From the NCBI GenBank assembly GCA_963783865.1, contig CAWAPD010000006.1:103199-167198 (forward strand): DNA of 64,000 nt, in the 5' to 3' direction. Under the pieces are notes generated by a model. That model did no database searches. It worked only from the letters and a program-made list of their open reading frames with translations, and was not told where the DNA came from. This stretch comes from an uncultured Actinomycetes bacterium. GTDB lineage: Bacteria > Actinomycetota > Thermoleophilia > UBA2241. Below are positions 22,006 through 31,486 of the stretch, one piece after another; the stretch's first letter is position 1, and the number at the start of each line of letters is the position of its first letter. A program made the translations under genes and the position numbers.

Positions 22006-23351
22006 GCGCGCCGCGCGCCCCCAAGGGCACCTACGACCTGCTGCCCGACGGCGCCGAGCGGCGCGAGCTGATCGTGGCCACGGCGGCCGACGTGTTCGAG
22101 TCCTACGGCTACCGGCGCATCGTCACTCCCGAGCTCGAGGAGACGGGGCTGTTCGAGCGCGGGGTCGGCGACGCCACCGACATCGTCCGCAAGGAGATGT
22201 ACACGTTCGACGACCGCGGCGGACGCTCGCTGACGCTGCGCCCCGAGGGCACCGCACCGATCTGCCGCGCGTACCTCGAGCACGGCATGCGCAAGCTGCC
22301 GCAGCCGGTCAAGCTCTGGTACCACGCCGCGATGTTCCGCTACGAGCGTCCCCAGTCGGGCCGCTACCGCGAGCACTACCAGCTCGGTGCCGAAGCGATC
22401 GGCTCGGCCGAGCCGCTGGTCGACGCCGAGATCATCGCCATGCTGGCCACGATCTACGACGAGCTCGAGGTCGGGGAGCTGCGCCTGGCCGTCAACAGCA
22501 TGGGCGACCCGACGTGCCGGCCGGCCTACATCGCGCGCCTGAAGGCCTACCTCGAGGAGCACGCCGACGCGCTCTGCGACGAATGCCGCGTGCGCACCCA
22601 GCTCAACCCGCTGCGCACCTTCGACTGCAAGGTGCCCGGGTGCCAGGCGGTGCTGGCGGGGGCGCCGCACCTGGTCGACCACCTGTGCCCCGAGTGCGCG
22701 CGCCACTTCGAGACCGTGGTCGAGCTGGTGCGGCGCGTCGGCCTGCAGCCGCGCGTCGACTTCACGCTCGTCCGCGGGCTCGACTACTACACGCGCACCA
22801 CGTTCGAGTTCAGCTCGACGTCGCTCGGCGCCCAGAGCGGTGTCGGCGGCGGCGGCCGCTACGACGGCCTGATCGAGCAGATCGGCGGGACGCCGACGCC
22901 GGGCGTCGGCTTCGGCACCGGCCTCGAGCGCATCACGCTGGTGACCGGCATGGCCGAAGAGGAGCCGCCGCGGCCGCTGGCATACGTGGTCTGCTTCGAT
23001 GAGGACCGCCGCGGCGACGCCTTCGCCATCACCCAGAGCCTGCGCGACGAGTGGCTGCTCGACGCCGAGTGCGACCTCGCCGGCCGCGGCGCCAAGGGGC
23101 AGCTGCGTCAAGCCTCGCGCAGCGGCGCCGACGTCGCGGTGCTGGTCGGCCTGGACGACGTCGCCGACGACGCCGTGCGCCTGCGCGACCTCGGCAACGG
23201 CGAGGAGGAGGACGTTCCCGTGGCCGAGGTCGGCGAGTGGTTCGACGACTGGCTCGCCGAGGAGGAGTTCCACGAGAGTGTCGACGAGCCGGGCGGCAAC
23301 GGCCATCCCGACGGGAACGGCAACGGCAGCCCACGCGGGGAAGAGACGTGA
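22002..23351 (+). CDS. hisS: Histidine--tRNA ligase
   Basis: [41 protein letters not shown]. Confidence 0.96.
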   Translation: MSAPRAPKGTYDLLPDGAERRELIVATAADVFESYGYRRIVTPELEETGLFERGVGDATDIVRKEMYTFDDRGGRSLTLRPEGTAPICRAYLEHGMRKLPQPVKLWYHAAMFRYERPQSGRYREHYQLGAEAIGSAEPLVDAEIIAMLATIYDELEVGELRLAVNSMGDPTCRPAYIARLKAYLEEHADALCDECRVRTQLNPLRTFDCKVPGCQAVLAGAPHLVDHLCPECARHFETVVELVRRVGLQPRVDFTLVRGLDYYTRTTFEFSSTSLGAQSGVGGGGRYDGLIEQIGGTPTPGVGFGTGLERITLVTGMAEEEPPRPLAYVVCFDEDRRGDAFAITQSLRDEWLLDAECDLAGRGAKGQLRQASRSGADVAVLVGLDDVADDAVRLRDLGNGEEEDVPVAEVGEWFDDWLAEEEFHESVDEPGGNGHPDGNGNGSPRGEET

Positions 23352-25123
23352 GTCCGTCTCCCGAGCGCGACGCGCTGCCCGGCGAGCTGCGCGCGGCCGA
23401 CGTCGGCCGCGCGGTCGTGCTCGCCGGCTGGGTCGCCGTCCGCCGCGACCTCGGCAGCCTGATCTTCATCCACCTGCGCGACCGCAGCGGCGTCGTCCAG
23501 CTCGTCTTCAACCCCGAAGTCAGCGCCGATGCCCACCGTGTGGCCGAGACACTCCGCTCCGAGTACGTGATCGTCGCCGAGGGCCGCGTCGTCGCGCGGT
23601 CGCCCGAGACGGTGAACCCGGCCCTCGCGACCGGCGAGGTCGAGGTCTCGGTCGACCGTGTCGAGGTGCTCAACCCGGCCAGGACCCCGCCGTTCGCCGT
23701 CGAGGGCGACGAGGGCGGCGACGTCGACGAGACCTTGCGATTGAAGTACCGCTACCTCGACCTGCGCCGCCAGGTCATGACCGCCAACCTCGAGCTGCGT
23801 CACGCCGTGGTGACGGCCACCCGCCGGTACCTGAACGCCCACCGCTTCCTCGAGATCGAGACGGCGCAGCTGACCAGGTCGTCGCCCGAGGGCGCGCGCG
23901 ACTTCCTCGTGCCGGTGCGGCTGCAGCCGGGCACCTTCTACGCGCTGCCCCAGTCGCCGCAGATGTTCAAGCAGATCCTGATGTGCGCCGGCCAGGACCG
24001 CTACTACCAGATCGCGCGCTGCTTCCGCGACGAGGACCTGCGCGCCGACCGCCAGCCTGAGCACACGCAGATCGACGTCGAGATGTCGTTCATGACCGCG
24101 GCGGCCATACGCGAGCTGCTCGAGCGGATGCTGGCGGCGATCTTCGACGCCGTGGGAGAAGGGCCGCTGCCGCTGCCGCTGCCCACGCTGACCTATGACG
24201 AGGCGATGGCGCGCTACGGCAGCGACAAGCCGGACCTGCGCTACGGCCTCGGGATCGTCGACCTCAGCGGCCTCTTCGCCGGCAGCGGCTTCCAAGTGTT
24301 CCGGGGCGCGGTCGAGGCCGGCGGGGTGGTCCGCGCCCTGCGGGCGCCCGGCGGGGCCGCGCTCTCTCGCGCCCGCATCGACGCCCTCACCGAGCTCGCC
24401 AAGGACCAGGGCGCGAAGGGCATGGCCTACGTGTACGTCGAGGACGGGCGCGCGCTGCGCGGCCCGATCGTCAAGTTCCTCAGCGAGGCCGAGCAGGCCG
24501 GCCTGCTCGAGGCCGCGGGCGCCGAGCCCGGCGACCTCGTGGTGTTCGCGGCCGACGCGGCGCCGGTCGCGGCCGCCGTGCTCGGCGCCCTCCGCCTCGC
24601 CTTCGTCGACCTGCTCGGCCTGCAGCCGACGACCCCCTGGTCGGCCCTGTGGGTCGTGGAGTTCCCCCTCTTCGAGATCGACACCGAGAGCGGCGAGCTC
24701 ACCTACGGGCACAACCCGTTCAGCCTGCCGACCGACGCGACCATCGGCTACCTGGAGACCGAGCCGCTGAAGGTGTACGGCGCCCAGTACGACCTCGTCC
24801 TGAACGGGACCGAGTTGGGCTCCGGCTCGCTGCGCAACCACCGGGCCGACGTCCAGCGGCGCATCCTGCACACGCTCGGGTACAGCGACGAGCGCATCGA
24901 CGACGCTTTCGGCTGGTTCCTCGAGGCCCTCGAGTATGGCGCGCCGCCTCACGGCGGCATCGGCATCGGTCTCGACCGGCTGGTCATGCGTCTCGCCGGT
25001 GAGAGCTCGATCCGCGACGTGATCGCGTTCCCCAAGACGGCCTCGGGATCCGACCCCATGACGCACGCTCCCGCCTCCGTCGCGGGGCGCCAATTGAAGG
25101 ACTTGCACCTCCGACCGGCGTAA
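23348..25123 (+). CDS. aspS: Aspartate--tRNA ligase
   Basis: [55 protein letters not shown]. Confidence 0.96.
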   Translation: MSPSPERDALPGELRAADVGRAVVLAGWVAVRRDLGSLIFIHLRDRSGVVQLVFNPEVSADAHRVAETLRSEYVIVAEGRVVARSPETVNPALATGEVEVSVDRVEVLNPARTPPFAVEGDEGGDVDETLRLKYRYLDLRRQVMTANLELRHAVVTATRRYLNAHRFLEIETAQLTRSSPEGARDFLVPVRLQPGTFYALPQSPQMFKQILMCAGQDRYYQIARCFRDEDLRADRQPEHTQIDVEMSFMTAAAIRELLERMLAAIFDAVGEGPLPLPLPTLTYDEAMARYGSDKPDLRYGLGIVDLSGLFAGSGFQVFRGAVEAGGVVRALRAPGGAALSRARIDALTELAKDQGAKGMAYVYVEDGRALRGPIVKFLSEAEQAGLLEAAGAEPGDLVVFAADAAPVAAAVLGALRLAFVDLLGLQPTTPWSALWVVEFPLFEIDTESGELTYGHNPFSLPTDATIGYLETEPLKVYGAQYDLVLNGTELGSGSLRNHRADVQRRILHTLGYSDERIDDAFGWFLEALEYGAPPHGGIGIGLDRLVMRLAGESSIRDVIAFPKTASGSDPMTHAPASVAGRQLKDLHLRPA

Positions 25124-25140
25124 TACCTTTCCGCCGGGGC

Positions 25141-25167
25141 TCAAGCATCCGGTCAGGATGCCGACAC
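25141..25167 (+). promoter_or_regulatory. Sigma28/WhiG-like promoter upstream of 6S RNA
   Basis: TCAA-N15-GCCGACAC; same pattern recurs in the pil locus. Confidence 0.55.
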
Positions 25168-25185
25168 AACTGTTGGCGCAATGTC

Positions 25186-25194
25186 TGGTACGAT
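25186..25194 (+). promoter_or_regulatory. Extended -10 (primary sigma) promoter of 6S RNA
   Basis: TGGTACGAT, 6 nt before the predicted 5' end; the same 9-mer precedes the Rrf2 gene. Confidence 0.6.
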
Positions 25195-25200
25195 GCCAGA

Positions 25201-25346
25201 GCTCGACCTTGTGCGTGATTTGTGGCTTTGTTGAGCCAACATCAGAGCCACGGGAGCCTGGTCTTCGCCCCGCTCTCAGGAGCGGCGAGAGGGCACCCAC
25301 CTGCTAGAGCAGGTTCAACACGAGGACAAACACGGCAAGGTGGAGC
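25201..25346 (+). ncRNA. ssrS: 6S RNA (compact, ~146 nt)
   Basis: Closing stem GCTCGACCTTG/CAAGGTGGAGC; blocks TTGAGCCAACA, GGGAGCC, GAGGGCACCCACCTGCTAGAGCAGGTTCAA, CACGGCA resemble Bacillus 6S-1; sits directly after aspS as in Bacillus. Confidence 0.88.
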
Positions 25347-25375
25347 GCTTGAACCCTGAGGGGCGGAGGGCGGAC

Positions 25376-25945
25376 ATGAACGGGCAGACCGGTACGAGCA
25401 GGTCGTTCCTGGTGAGGGTCGGGGTGGTGCTCCTGGGCGGTCTGGCCATCATGGCCGTCGTCACGCCCCTGTACGTGTGGGCGCGTGCTACAAACCCGTC
25501 CCCCGCCGTGTCGGTGGCCGCCGACAACAACTGGATCGGCAGCTACGGCCTCGCCGGCGGCGCCATCGCCCAGCCGATGATGAAGAGCGGCGGCACCTAC
25601 ACCGTGATGAAGGTCCAGCCGGGCCCGAACACGCCGCAGTACGTTTCGGATCCCCTCAAGGACAAGCGCGGCGTCGTGCTGCTGGTCTACGTCAAGGGCG
25701 CCAGCGACGACGAGGCGATGCTCGCCAACTTCGAGAAGCTCAAGGCCAAGTTCGAGGCACAGGGATCGTTCTTCTCGTACGAGGCGGCCGACGTCTCCAA
25801 GACCGGCGACCTGCTCGCCCAGCTGAAGGTCAGCCAACCACCGGTGCTGGCAGTGATCAGCGGCGACGGCAGCGTGTACCAGGAGTACACGGGCTGGATC
25901 GACTATCAGACGATGTCGCAGGTGATGGCCAACGCCCTGCGCTGA
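25376..25945 (+). CDS. Membrane-anchored thioredoxin-like-fold protein lacking CxxC
   Basis: N-terminal TM; VVLLVY..helix..PPVLAVISGDG..YTGWID pattern; no Cys; GGAGG SD. Confidence 0.6.
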   Translation: MNGQTGTSRSFLVRVGVVLLGGLAIMAVVTPLYVWARATNPSPAVSVAADNNWIGSYGLAGGAIAQPMMKSGGTYTVMKVQPGPNTPQYVSDPLKDKRGVVLLVYVKGASDDEAMLANFEKLKAKFEAQGSFFSYEAADVSKTGDLLAQLKVSQPPVLAVISGDGSVYQEYTGWIDYQTMSQVMANALR

Positions 25946-26101
25946 GCGTCTGACGCCAGAGCCCTCCGCGCACCACCGCAACCACCGCAACCATCGCCGC
26001 CCCCCGGCCGGCGGCTGACGCTCGACGCCGGCCGCCGCGGTCCCTGCGGGACGCGTCTCCCACCAGCTTCGGCCGCGCACGTTTCGCCACGCACCCGCCT
26101 G

Positions 26102-26135
26102 TGGTACGATAATCCCGACCTGTAGTGTCGGTTAT
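26102..26135 (+). promoter_or_regulatory. Extended -10 plus IscR type-1-like operator
   Basis: TGGTACGAT then AATCCCGAC-CTGTAGT-GTCGGTTAT inverted repeat. Confidence 0.65.
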
Positions 26136-26150
26136 CGACGGAGGCCGTGG

Positions 26151-26564
26151 GTGCGTATCTCCTCACGCTGCGAATACGGCTTGAGAGCCATGATCTACCT
26201 CGCCCGCCGCGAGCACGACGGGCCCGTGCCGCTGCCCGAGATCGCCGCCGGTGAAGGTCTGCCGACCGCGTTCCTCGAGCGCATCCTGGCGCGCCTGCGC
26301 GACGGGGGCCTCGTCAGCACGACCAGGGGCGCGAGCGGCGGCTACGAGCTCGCACGGTCCGCCGGCGACATCTCGGTCGCCGACATCATGTCGGCCATCG
26401 AGGGGCCGCTCTCGCTGGTTGGGTGCCTGCCCGACGCCGAGACGTGCGACCGCGCCCAGGGCTGCGCATCTCGGCGAGTGTGGCGCCGGCTCGACGACGC
26501 GATCGCCGGCGCCCTCGGCGACATCGACCTGGACGAACTGGCCGTGGAGGCGGTCGCGACATGA
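26151..26564 (+). CDS. Rrf2-family regulator (IscR-like, three Cys)
   Basis: YGLRAM, LERILARL, RGASGGY, IEGPL, C-x6-C-x5-C. Confidence 0.9.
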   Translation: MRISSRCEYGLRAMIYLARREHDGPVPLPEIAAGEGLPTAFLERILARLRDGGLVSTTRGASGGYELARSAGDISVADIMSAIEGPLSLVGCLPDAETCDRAQGCASRRVWRRLDDAIAGALGDIDLDELAVEAVAT

Positions 26565-27718
26565 GGACGATCTACTTCGACCACGCGGCGACCACGGCGG
26601 TCGATCCGCGCGTCTTCGAGCGCATGATGCCGTACTTCGTGGAGCGGTACGGCAACCCGTCAGAGATCCACGCGCTCGGCCGTGAGGGGCGCGACGCCGT
26701 CGAGCGGGCGCGGGCCCAGGTCGCCGGCGCCCTCGGGGCCGCCGACAAGGAGATCGTCTTCACCAGCGGCGGGACCGAGTCCGACAACATGGCCCTGACC
26801 GGGTTCCTGCAGCGGTTCGAACCGGCCCACCTGATCGTCAGCGCGGTCGAGCACCCCGCCGTCATGGAGACGGCCCGCGCCCTGATGCGCACCGGGTGGG
26901 AGGTCACCTTCGCGCCGGTCGACTCGTTCGGCATGATCGACCTCGAGGCCTACACGGCCGCCTTCCGCGACGACACCAAGCTCGCCTCGGTCATGTACGC
27001 GAACAACGTCGTCGGCACCATCCAGCCCGTCGCCGAGCTGGCGCGCATCGCGCACGAGCACGGCGCGGCCTTCCACACCGACGCTGTCCAAGCCGTCGGG
27101 GCAGTGCCGATCGACGTGCGCGAGCTCGGGGTCGACATGCTGTCGCTCTCGGGCCACAAGCTGTACGGCCCCAAGGGGATCGGCGCCCTGTACATCCGTC
27201 GCGGCACGCGCGTCGGGCCGATCCTGCACGGCGGCGGTCACGAGCGGCGGCTGCGCTCGGGGACCGAGAACGTGCCGGGCATCGTCGGGCTCGGCGCGGC
27301 CCTCGAGCTGGGCCAACAGGAGATGGGCGCGCAGCTCCCGCGGCTGGAGAAGCTGCGCGACCGCCTCGCCCAGGGCTGGCTCGAGCTCATCGACGACACC
27401 GTCTACCTGGGTCACGCGACCGAGAGGCTCCCGGGCAACGTCTGCGTGTCGGTGCGCTACATCGAGGGCGAATCGATGGTGCTGCAGCTCGACGCCAAGG
27501 GCATCGCGGTCTCGAGTGGCTCCGCCTGTGCGTCCGGCTCGCTCGAACCGTCGCACGTGATCCTCGCCATGGGCTACGGCGCCGAAGAGGCCCACGGCAG
27601 CGTGCGCCTGACCCTCGGCCGCGAGAACACCGACGCCGACGTCGACGAGTTCCTGAAGGTCTTCCCGCCCATCGTCGCCCGACTGCGCGACATGAGCCCG
27701 CTCTACGTGAAGAGGTAA
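26561..27718 (+). CDS. iscS: Cysteine desulfurase (IscS/NifS)
   Basis: YFDHAATT, FTSGGTE, HTDAVQ, SGHKLYGPKG, SSGSACAS. Confidence 0.95.
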   Translation: MRTIYFDHAATTAVDPRVFERMMPYFVERYGNPSEIHALGREGRDAVERARAQVAGALGAADKEIVFTSGGTESDNMALTGFLQRFEPAHLIVSAVEHPAVMETARALMRTGWEVTFAPVDSFGMIDLEAYTAAFRDDTKLASVMYANNVVGTIQPVAELARIAHEHGAAFHTDAVQAVGAVPIDVRELGVDMLSLSGHKLYGPKGIGALYIRRGTRVGPILHGGGHERRLRSGTENVPGIVGLGAALELGQQEMGAQLPRLEKLRDRLAQGWLELIDDTVYLGHATERLPGNVCVSVRYIEGESMVLQLDAKGIAVSSGSACASGSLEPSHVILAMGYGAEEAHGSVRLTLGRENTDADVDEFLKVFPPIVARLRDMSPLYVKR

Positions 27719-27721
27719 AGC

Positions 27722-28135
27722 ATGTACACCGATCTTGTGATGGACCACTTCAGCAACCCGCGCAACGTGGGCGAGGTCGACGACCCCGACGGGGCCGGCC
27801 AGATCGGCAACCCGGTGTGCGGCGACGTGATGCGCATGACGATCAAGGTCGAGGACGACCACATCACCGACGTCAAGTTCAAGACGTTCGGGTGCGGCGC
27901 CGCCGTGGCGACCTCGAGCATAGTGACCGAGATGGTCATGGGAAAGACGCTCGACGAAGCGGCGGAGATCTCGAACCGCGCCGTGGCCGAGGCGCTGGGC
28001 GGCCTGCCGGCCCAGAAGATGCACTGCTCCAACCTGGCGGCCGACGCGCTGCACCTGGCGATCGAGGACTACCTCAGCAAGCAGGGACGGGGCGACGAGA
28101 TCCCCAAGGTGTTGCGAAAAAAAGAGTCCTCGTAG
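27722..28135 (+). CDS. iscU: Fe-S cluster scaffold IscU/NifU-N
   Basis: DHFSNPRNVG, GNPVCGD, FGCGAAVA, KMHCS. Confidence 0.94.
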   Translation: MYTDLVMDHFSNPRNVGEVDDPDGAGQIGNPVCGDVMRMTIKVEDDHITDVKFKTFGCGAAVATSSIVTEMVMGKTLDEAAEISNRAVAEALGGLPAQKMHCSNLAADALHLAIEDYLSKQGRGDEIPKVLRKKESS

Positions 28136-29166
28136 GCCTGAGCGGCGGCGTCGACAGCGCGGTCGCGGCCCTGGCTCTGCGAGAGTCGGGGTACGAGGTC
28201 GCGGGCGTCACGCTCGAGCTCTGGCCCGGCGATGACCAGCGCAGCTGCTGCTCTCCGGCGGCCGTGGCGCGCGCGCGCGACAGCGCCCACTCGATGGGCC
28301 TGCCGCACTACACGATCGACGACGTCGAGGAGTTCGCCGAGGGCGTGGTCGCGCCGTTCGTCGCCTCGTATGCGGCGGGCGAGACGCCCAACCCCTGCGC
28401 CGACTGCAACCCCCTGCGCTTCCGCCGGCTGCTTCGCCTGGCCGACCGGCTGGGGGCGCGCTGGGTGGCCACCGGCCACTACGCGCGCGCCCCGCTGGTC
28501 GACGGCCGGCGGATGCTGGCCCGGGGTAGGGACCGCGCCAAGGACCAGTCGTACATGCTCTGGCGGCTCGACCAGGGGGTGCTCGACCGCCTGCTGCTGC
28601 CGCTGGGCGAGTCCTCCAAGAGCGACGTGCGCGAGCGCGCCGCCGCCGAGGGTCTGCCGGTGGCGGGCGAGCCGGAGAGCCAGGACGTCTGCTTCGCGCC
28701 GGGCGACCACACCGCCTTCCTGGCCGCCCGCGGGCTGGCGGCCCGCGAGGGCGACGTCGTCGACCGCGCGGGCCGCGTCATCGGGCGGCACCGGGGCGCC
28801 TGGCGCTTCACCGTGGGACAGCGGCGCGGTCTCGGCCTGAGCGCGCCCGAGCCCCTGTACGTGCTGGCGGTCGACGCAGCCGCGAACCGGGTGGTCGCGG
28901 GACCTTATGAGGAGCTGCTGACGCGCGAGGTGGCGCTGCGCGGCCTGGTGGACCGCGGCCTGGGCGACGCCGACGGCCTCGAGGTGCAGCTGCGCTACCG
29001 GAGCGGCGCGATCGGCGTGGCCCGCCTGAGGCGGGCCGGAGCCGATCGCGCCGCCGTCACCCTGACGGAACCGTTCGCGGGTGTGGCACCGGGGCAGTCC
29101 GCCGTCTTCTACCGCGGCGACGTGGTGGTCGGCGGCGGGGTCATCGACGGGTGCTGCATACGCTGA
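28111..29166 (+). CDS. mnmA: tRNA 2-thiouridine(34) synthase MnmA (no canonical start; probably reached from iscU by a -1 shift)
   Basis: SGGVDS PP-loop, NPCADCN, ATGHYAR, KDQSY, ESQDVCF, FTVGQRRGLG, PGQSAVFY. Confidence 0.93.
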   Translation, partial: VAKKRVLVGLSGGVDSAVAALALRESGYEVAGVTLELWPGDDQRSCCSPAAVARARDSAHSMGLPHYTIDDVEEFAEGVVAPFVASYAAGETPNPCADCNPLRFRRLLRLADRLGARWVATGHYARAPLVDGRRMLARGRDRAKDQSYMLWRLDQGVLDRLLLPLGESSKSDVRERAAAEGLPVAGEPESQDVCFAPGDHTAFLAARGLAAREGDVVDRAGRVIGRHRGAWRFTVGQRRGLGLSAPEPLYVLAVDAAANRVVAGPYEELLTREVALRGLVDRGLGDADGLEVQLRYRSGAIGVARLRRAGADRAAVTLTEPFAGVAPGQSAVFYRGDVVVGGGVIDGCCIR

Positions 29167-29231
29167 CCGGCTTCGGGGGAGTGTGATAAGGTGGCGGCGC
29201 ACGACCGTCCCACCGGGCACAGACAGTCGAC

Positions 29232-29834
29232 ATGGAGGCGTCCATGAACCTTCCCCTCGCCATCGTCGCCCTGAGCACGCCTTCAGTGGTGTTGCGGTTT
29301 GCAGCAGCTTTCTTCCTGGTCGTCGTCGGCATCGGGCTCATCTACGCGTGCATCCGCCTGGGGACCGCTCTGAGCGCGGCCGAGAAGCTCCTCGGCGACG
29401 TCGACACCGAGGTCGTGCCGCTCCTCAAGGAGGCGACGGAGACGCTCGACGGCGTCAACACCGAGCTCGACAAGGTCGATGCCGTGATGAAGACCGTGGT
29501 CGACGCGACCGAGAAGGTCGACGCCACGACCCGCGCGGTCGAGGCGGCGATCTCGGTGCCGGCCAAGAAGGCCGCCGCGTTCGGCGCCGGTGTCTCCCAG
29601 GCCGTGTCGAGCTTCTTCAGCCGGCGTGAGCCGGGCGACGACTGGGACGACGGCGACGCCTGGCAGGCGGCGGCGCCGCCTTCGGCGGCGTGGTCGAAGC
29701 CGGCCGAGCCCGGCCCGGCCGGTGAAGCGACGCCGGACGCAGCCGCAACCGACACGGCGTCGGGTGTGGCCACCGACACGACGTCCCCGGCCGACGCGGC
29801 CGCTCCGGTGACACCCGAGGAGCCGACGGAGTGA
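29232..29834 (+). CDS. DUF948/YtxG-like membrane-anchored coiled-coil protein
   Basis: TM helix, heptad region, low-complexity Ala/Pro tail; family call tentative. Confidence 0.6.
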   Translation: MEASMNLPLAIVALSTPSVVLRFAAAFFLVVVGIGLIYACIRLGTALSAAEKLLGDVDTEVVPLLKEATETLDGVNTELDKVDAVMKTVVDATEKVDATTRAVEAAISVPAKKAAAFGAGVSQAVSSFFSRREPGDDWDDGDAWQAAAPPSAAWSKPAEPGPAGEATPDAAATDTASGVATDTTSPADAAAPVTPEEPTE

Positions 29835-30091
29835 GGCTCGTCGGTACGCTGGTCTTCGGCAGCGTGCTGGCCAGCGCGGGTCTCGCCTACTTCGTCCATC
29901 AACGGAGCACTGCCACCGGTCAGAGCTACTCCGAGATCCTCCTGCAACTTCCCGGCGAGGCCCGTCGCGCCTACGAGAGCGCCCGCAAGCATGCGGCCCT
30001 CGCGCTCGAGGACGGGTTGACCGCCGCCCGGCGTCGCGAGGAGCAGGTCGTGAAGGACCTGCTGTCGGTCGCCGACCGTCAGGCGGGCTAG
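29831..30091 (+). CDS. Small membrane-anchored hypothetical protein (YtxH-like)
   Basis: GTGA overlap with previous gene; N-terminal TM plus charged helix. Confidence 0.55.
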   Translation: MRLVGTLVFGSVLASAGLAYFVHQRSTATGQSYSEILLQLPGEARRAYESARKHAALALEDGLTAARRREEQVVKDLLSVADRQAG

Positions 30092-30096
30092 TCGTC

Positions 30097-30495
30097 GTGA
30101 GCGGGCCGGACACCATCCGTCTCGACGTGGCGGCGTCCGCCGATGCCGTGCCCGTGGTACGCATGATCCTGGGGGGCGTCGCGGCCCGGGTCGGCCTGTC
30201 GTTCGAGGAGCTCGAGGACCTGGGGCTCGCCGTCGAGGAGCTGTTCGCAGCGGTGGTGCGCTGCGGCGACGGCCCGCGCTGCGGGTTCGTCGTCGCCGTC
30301 GGCGACGACGGCCTCCAGGTGAAGGCCGGTCCGTTCCACACCCAAGCCCTGCGCGAAGCGATGGAGACGCCGTCGGCGCCGGGCACGTTCACCACGCGGC
30401 TGGTCATGGACACCGTCGTCCAGACGTTCACCGTCTGCGAGGCCGCCGACGGCTGCTTCGCGGTCGAGTTCAGCAAGCGGCACGAGGGCCGGTGA
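30097..30495 (+). CDS. RsbW/UsfX-like anti-sigma factor (degenerate HATPase)
   Basis: VVRMILGGVAARVGLSFEELEDLGLAVEE; directly upstream of a SigB-type sigma. Confidence 0.75.
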   Translation: MSGPDTIRLDVAASADAVPVVRMILGGVAARVGLSFEELEDLGLAVEELFAAVVRCGDGPRCGFVVAVGDDGLQVKAGPFHTQALREAMETPSAPGTFTTRLVMDTVVQTFTVCEAADGCFAVEFSKRHEGR

Positions 30496-30501
30496 GGCTC
30501 G

Positions 30502-31443
30502 ATGACGCGGGGTGACCCAGCCGACGGCCGGCGCTGGCTCGACGACGAGTCCGGCGACGTGACCGACGACGCGGCGGTCGAGGCCGACGGCAAAGAGGAC
30601 GAGGACGAGGACGAGTCCGGGAGTGAGGCCGACGAGGTCGACGAGCCCGCCGGGGTGCCGGGCGTGCGGGGACGCGCCGCCGAGGGTCGCGACGAGTCGG
30701 AGAAGCTCGACCAGTACCTCCTGCGCCGCTACCACCTGTACGGCGACACGCGGGCCCGCGACCAGCTGATCACCATGTACCTGCCGCTCGTGCGCTCGCT
30801 GGCGCGACGGTACTCGTCACGCGGCGAGCACTTCGACGACCTGGTGCAGGTGGGGTCGATCGGCCTGATCAAGGCGATCGACCGCTTCGACCTGAACCGC
30901 GGCGTCGAGCTGACGACGTACGCCACGCCGAACATCATCGGCGAGATCAAGCGCTACTTCCGGGACAAGGGCTGGTCGGTGCGCGTCCCACGCGGCCTTC
31001 AGGAGCTGAACATCCGCCTGAACAAGGTGATCGACGAGCTCGTGCCCAAGCTGCAGCGCTCGCCCACGATCAACGAGATCGCCGAGGCCGCCGGAGCGAC
31101 GCCCGAGGAGGTCCTCGAGGCGCTCGAGACGAGCCAGGCCTACAACGCGGTCTCGCTCCAGGCGACGCCCAACGGCGAGTCGGGCGACGACGAGGGCGGC
31201 CTGATCGACTACGTCGGCGTCGACGAGGACGCCTACGACACGATGGAGGACCGCACCCTGCTGGCCCCGGGTTTCGCCAACCTCGACCAGCGCGAGCGAT
31301 ACATCCTCCACCTGCGCTTCTTCGAGGGGCTCACGCAGTCGCAGATCGCGTCGCGGGTGGGTATCTCCCAGATGCACGTCTCGCGCCTCATCCGGCGGGC
31401 CCTCGAGAAGCTGCGGGCCGACATCGGCGAGGACGTGCTGTAG
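30502..31443 (+). CDS. SigB/SigF-family RNA polymerase sigma factor
   Basis: DDLVQVGSIGLIKAIDRFD, GEIKRYFRDKGWSVRVPR, TQSQIASRVGISQMHVSRL. Confidence 0.94.
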   Translation: MTRGDPADGRRWLDDESGDVTDDAAVEADGKEDEDEDESGSEADEVDEPAGVPGVRGRAAEGRDESEKLDQYLLRRYHLYGDTRARDQLITMYLPLVRSLARRYSSRGEHFDDLVQVGSIGLIKAIDRFDLNRGVELTTYATPNIIGEIKRYFRDKGWSVRVPRGLQELNIRLNKVIDELVPKLQRSPTINEIAEAAGATPEEVLEALETSQAYNAVSLQATPNGESGDDEGGLIDYVGVDEDAYDTMEDRTLLAPGFANLDQRERYILHLRFFEGLTQSQIASRVGISQMHVSRLIRRALEKLRADIGEDVL

Positions 31444-31486
31444 AGTCGTCAGCGGGCCCAGCGGCGCCCGCGACTACACGACCGAG

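Noticed and set aside
25970-25998. Short tandem repeat CACCACCGCAACCACCGCAACCATCGC
   Set aside because: About three degenerate 9-bp units with no spacers; not CRISPR and no evident function.
26896-28110. 756-aa ORF 26896-29166 as one long MnmA
   Set aside because: The N-terminal ~405 aa are the off-frame shadow of iscS/iscU; only the part from ~28111 is MnmA.
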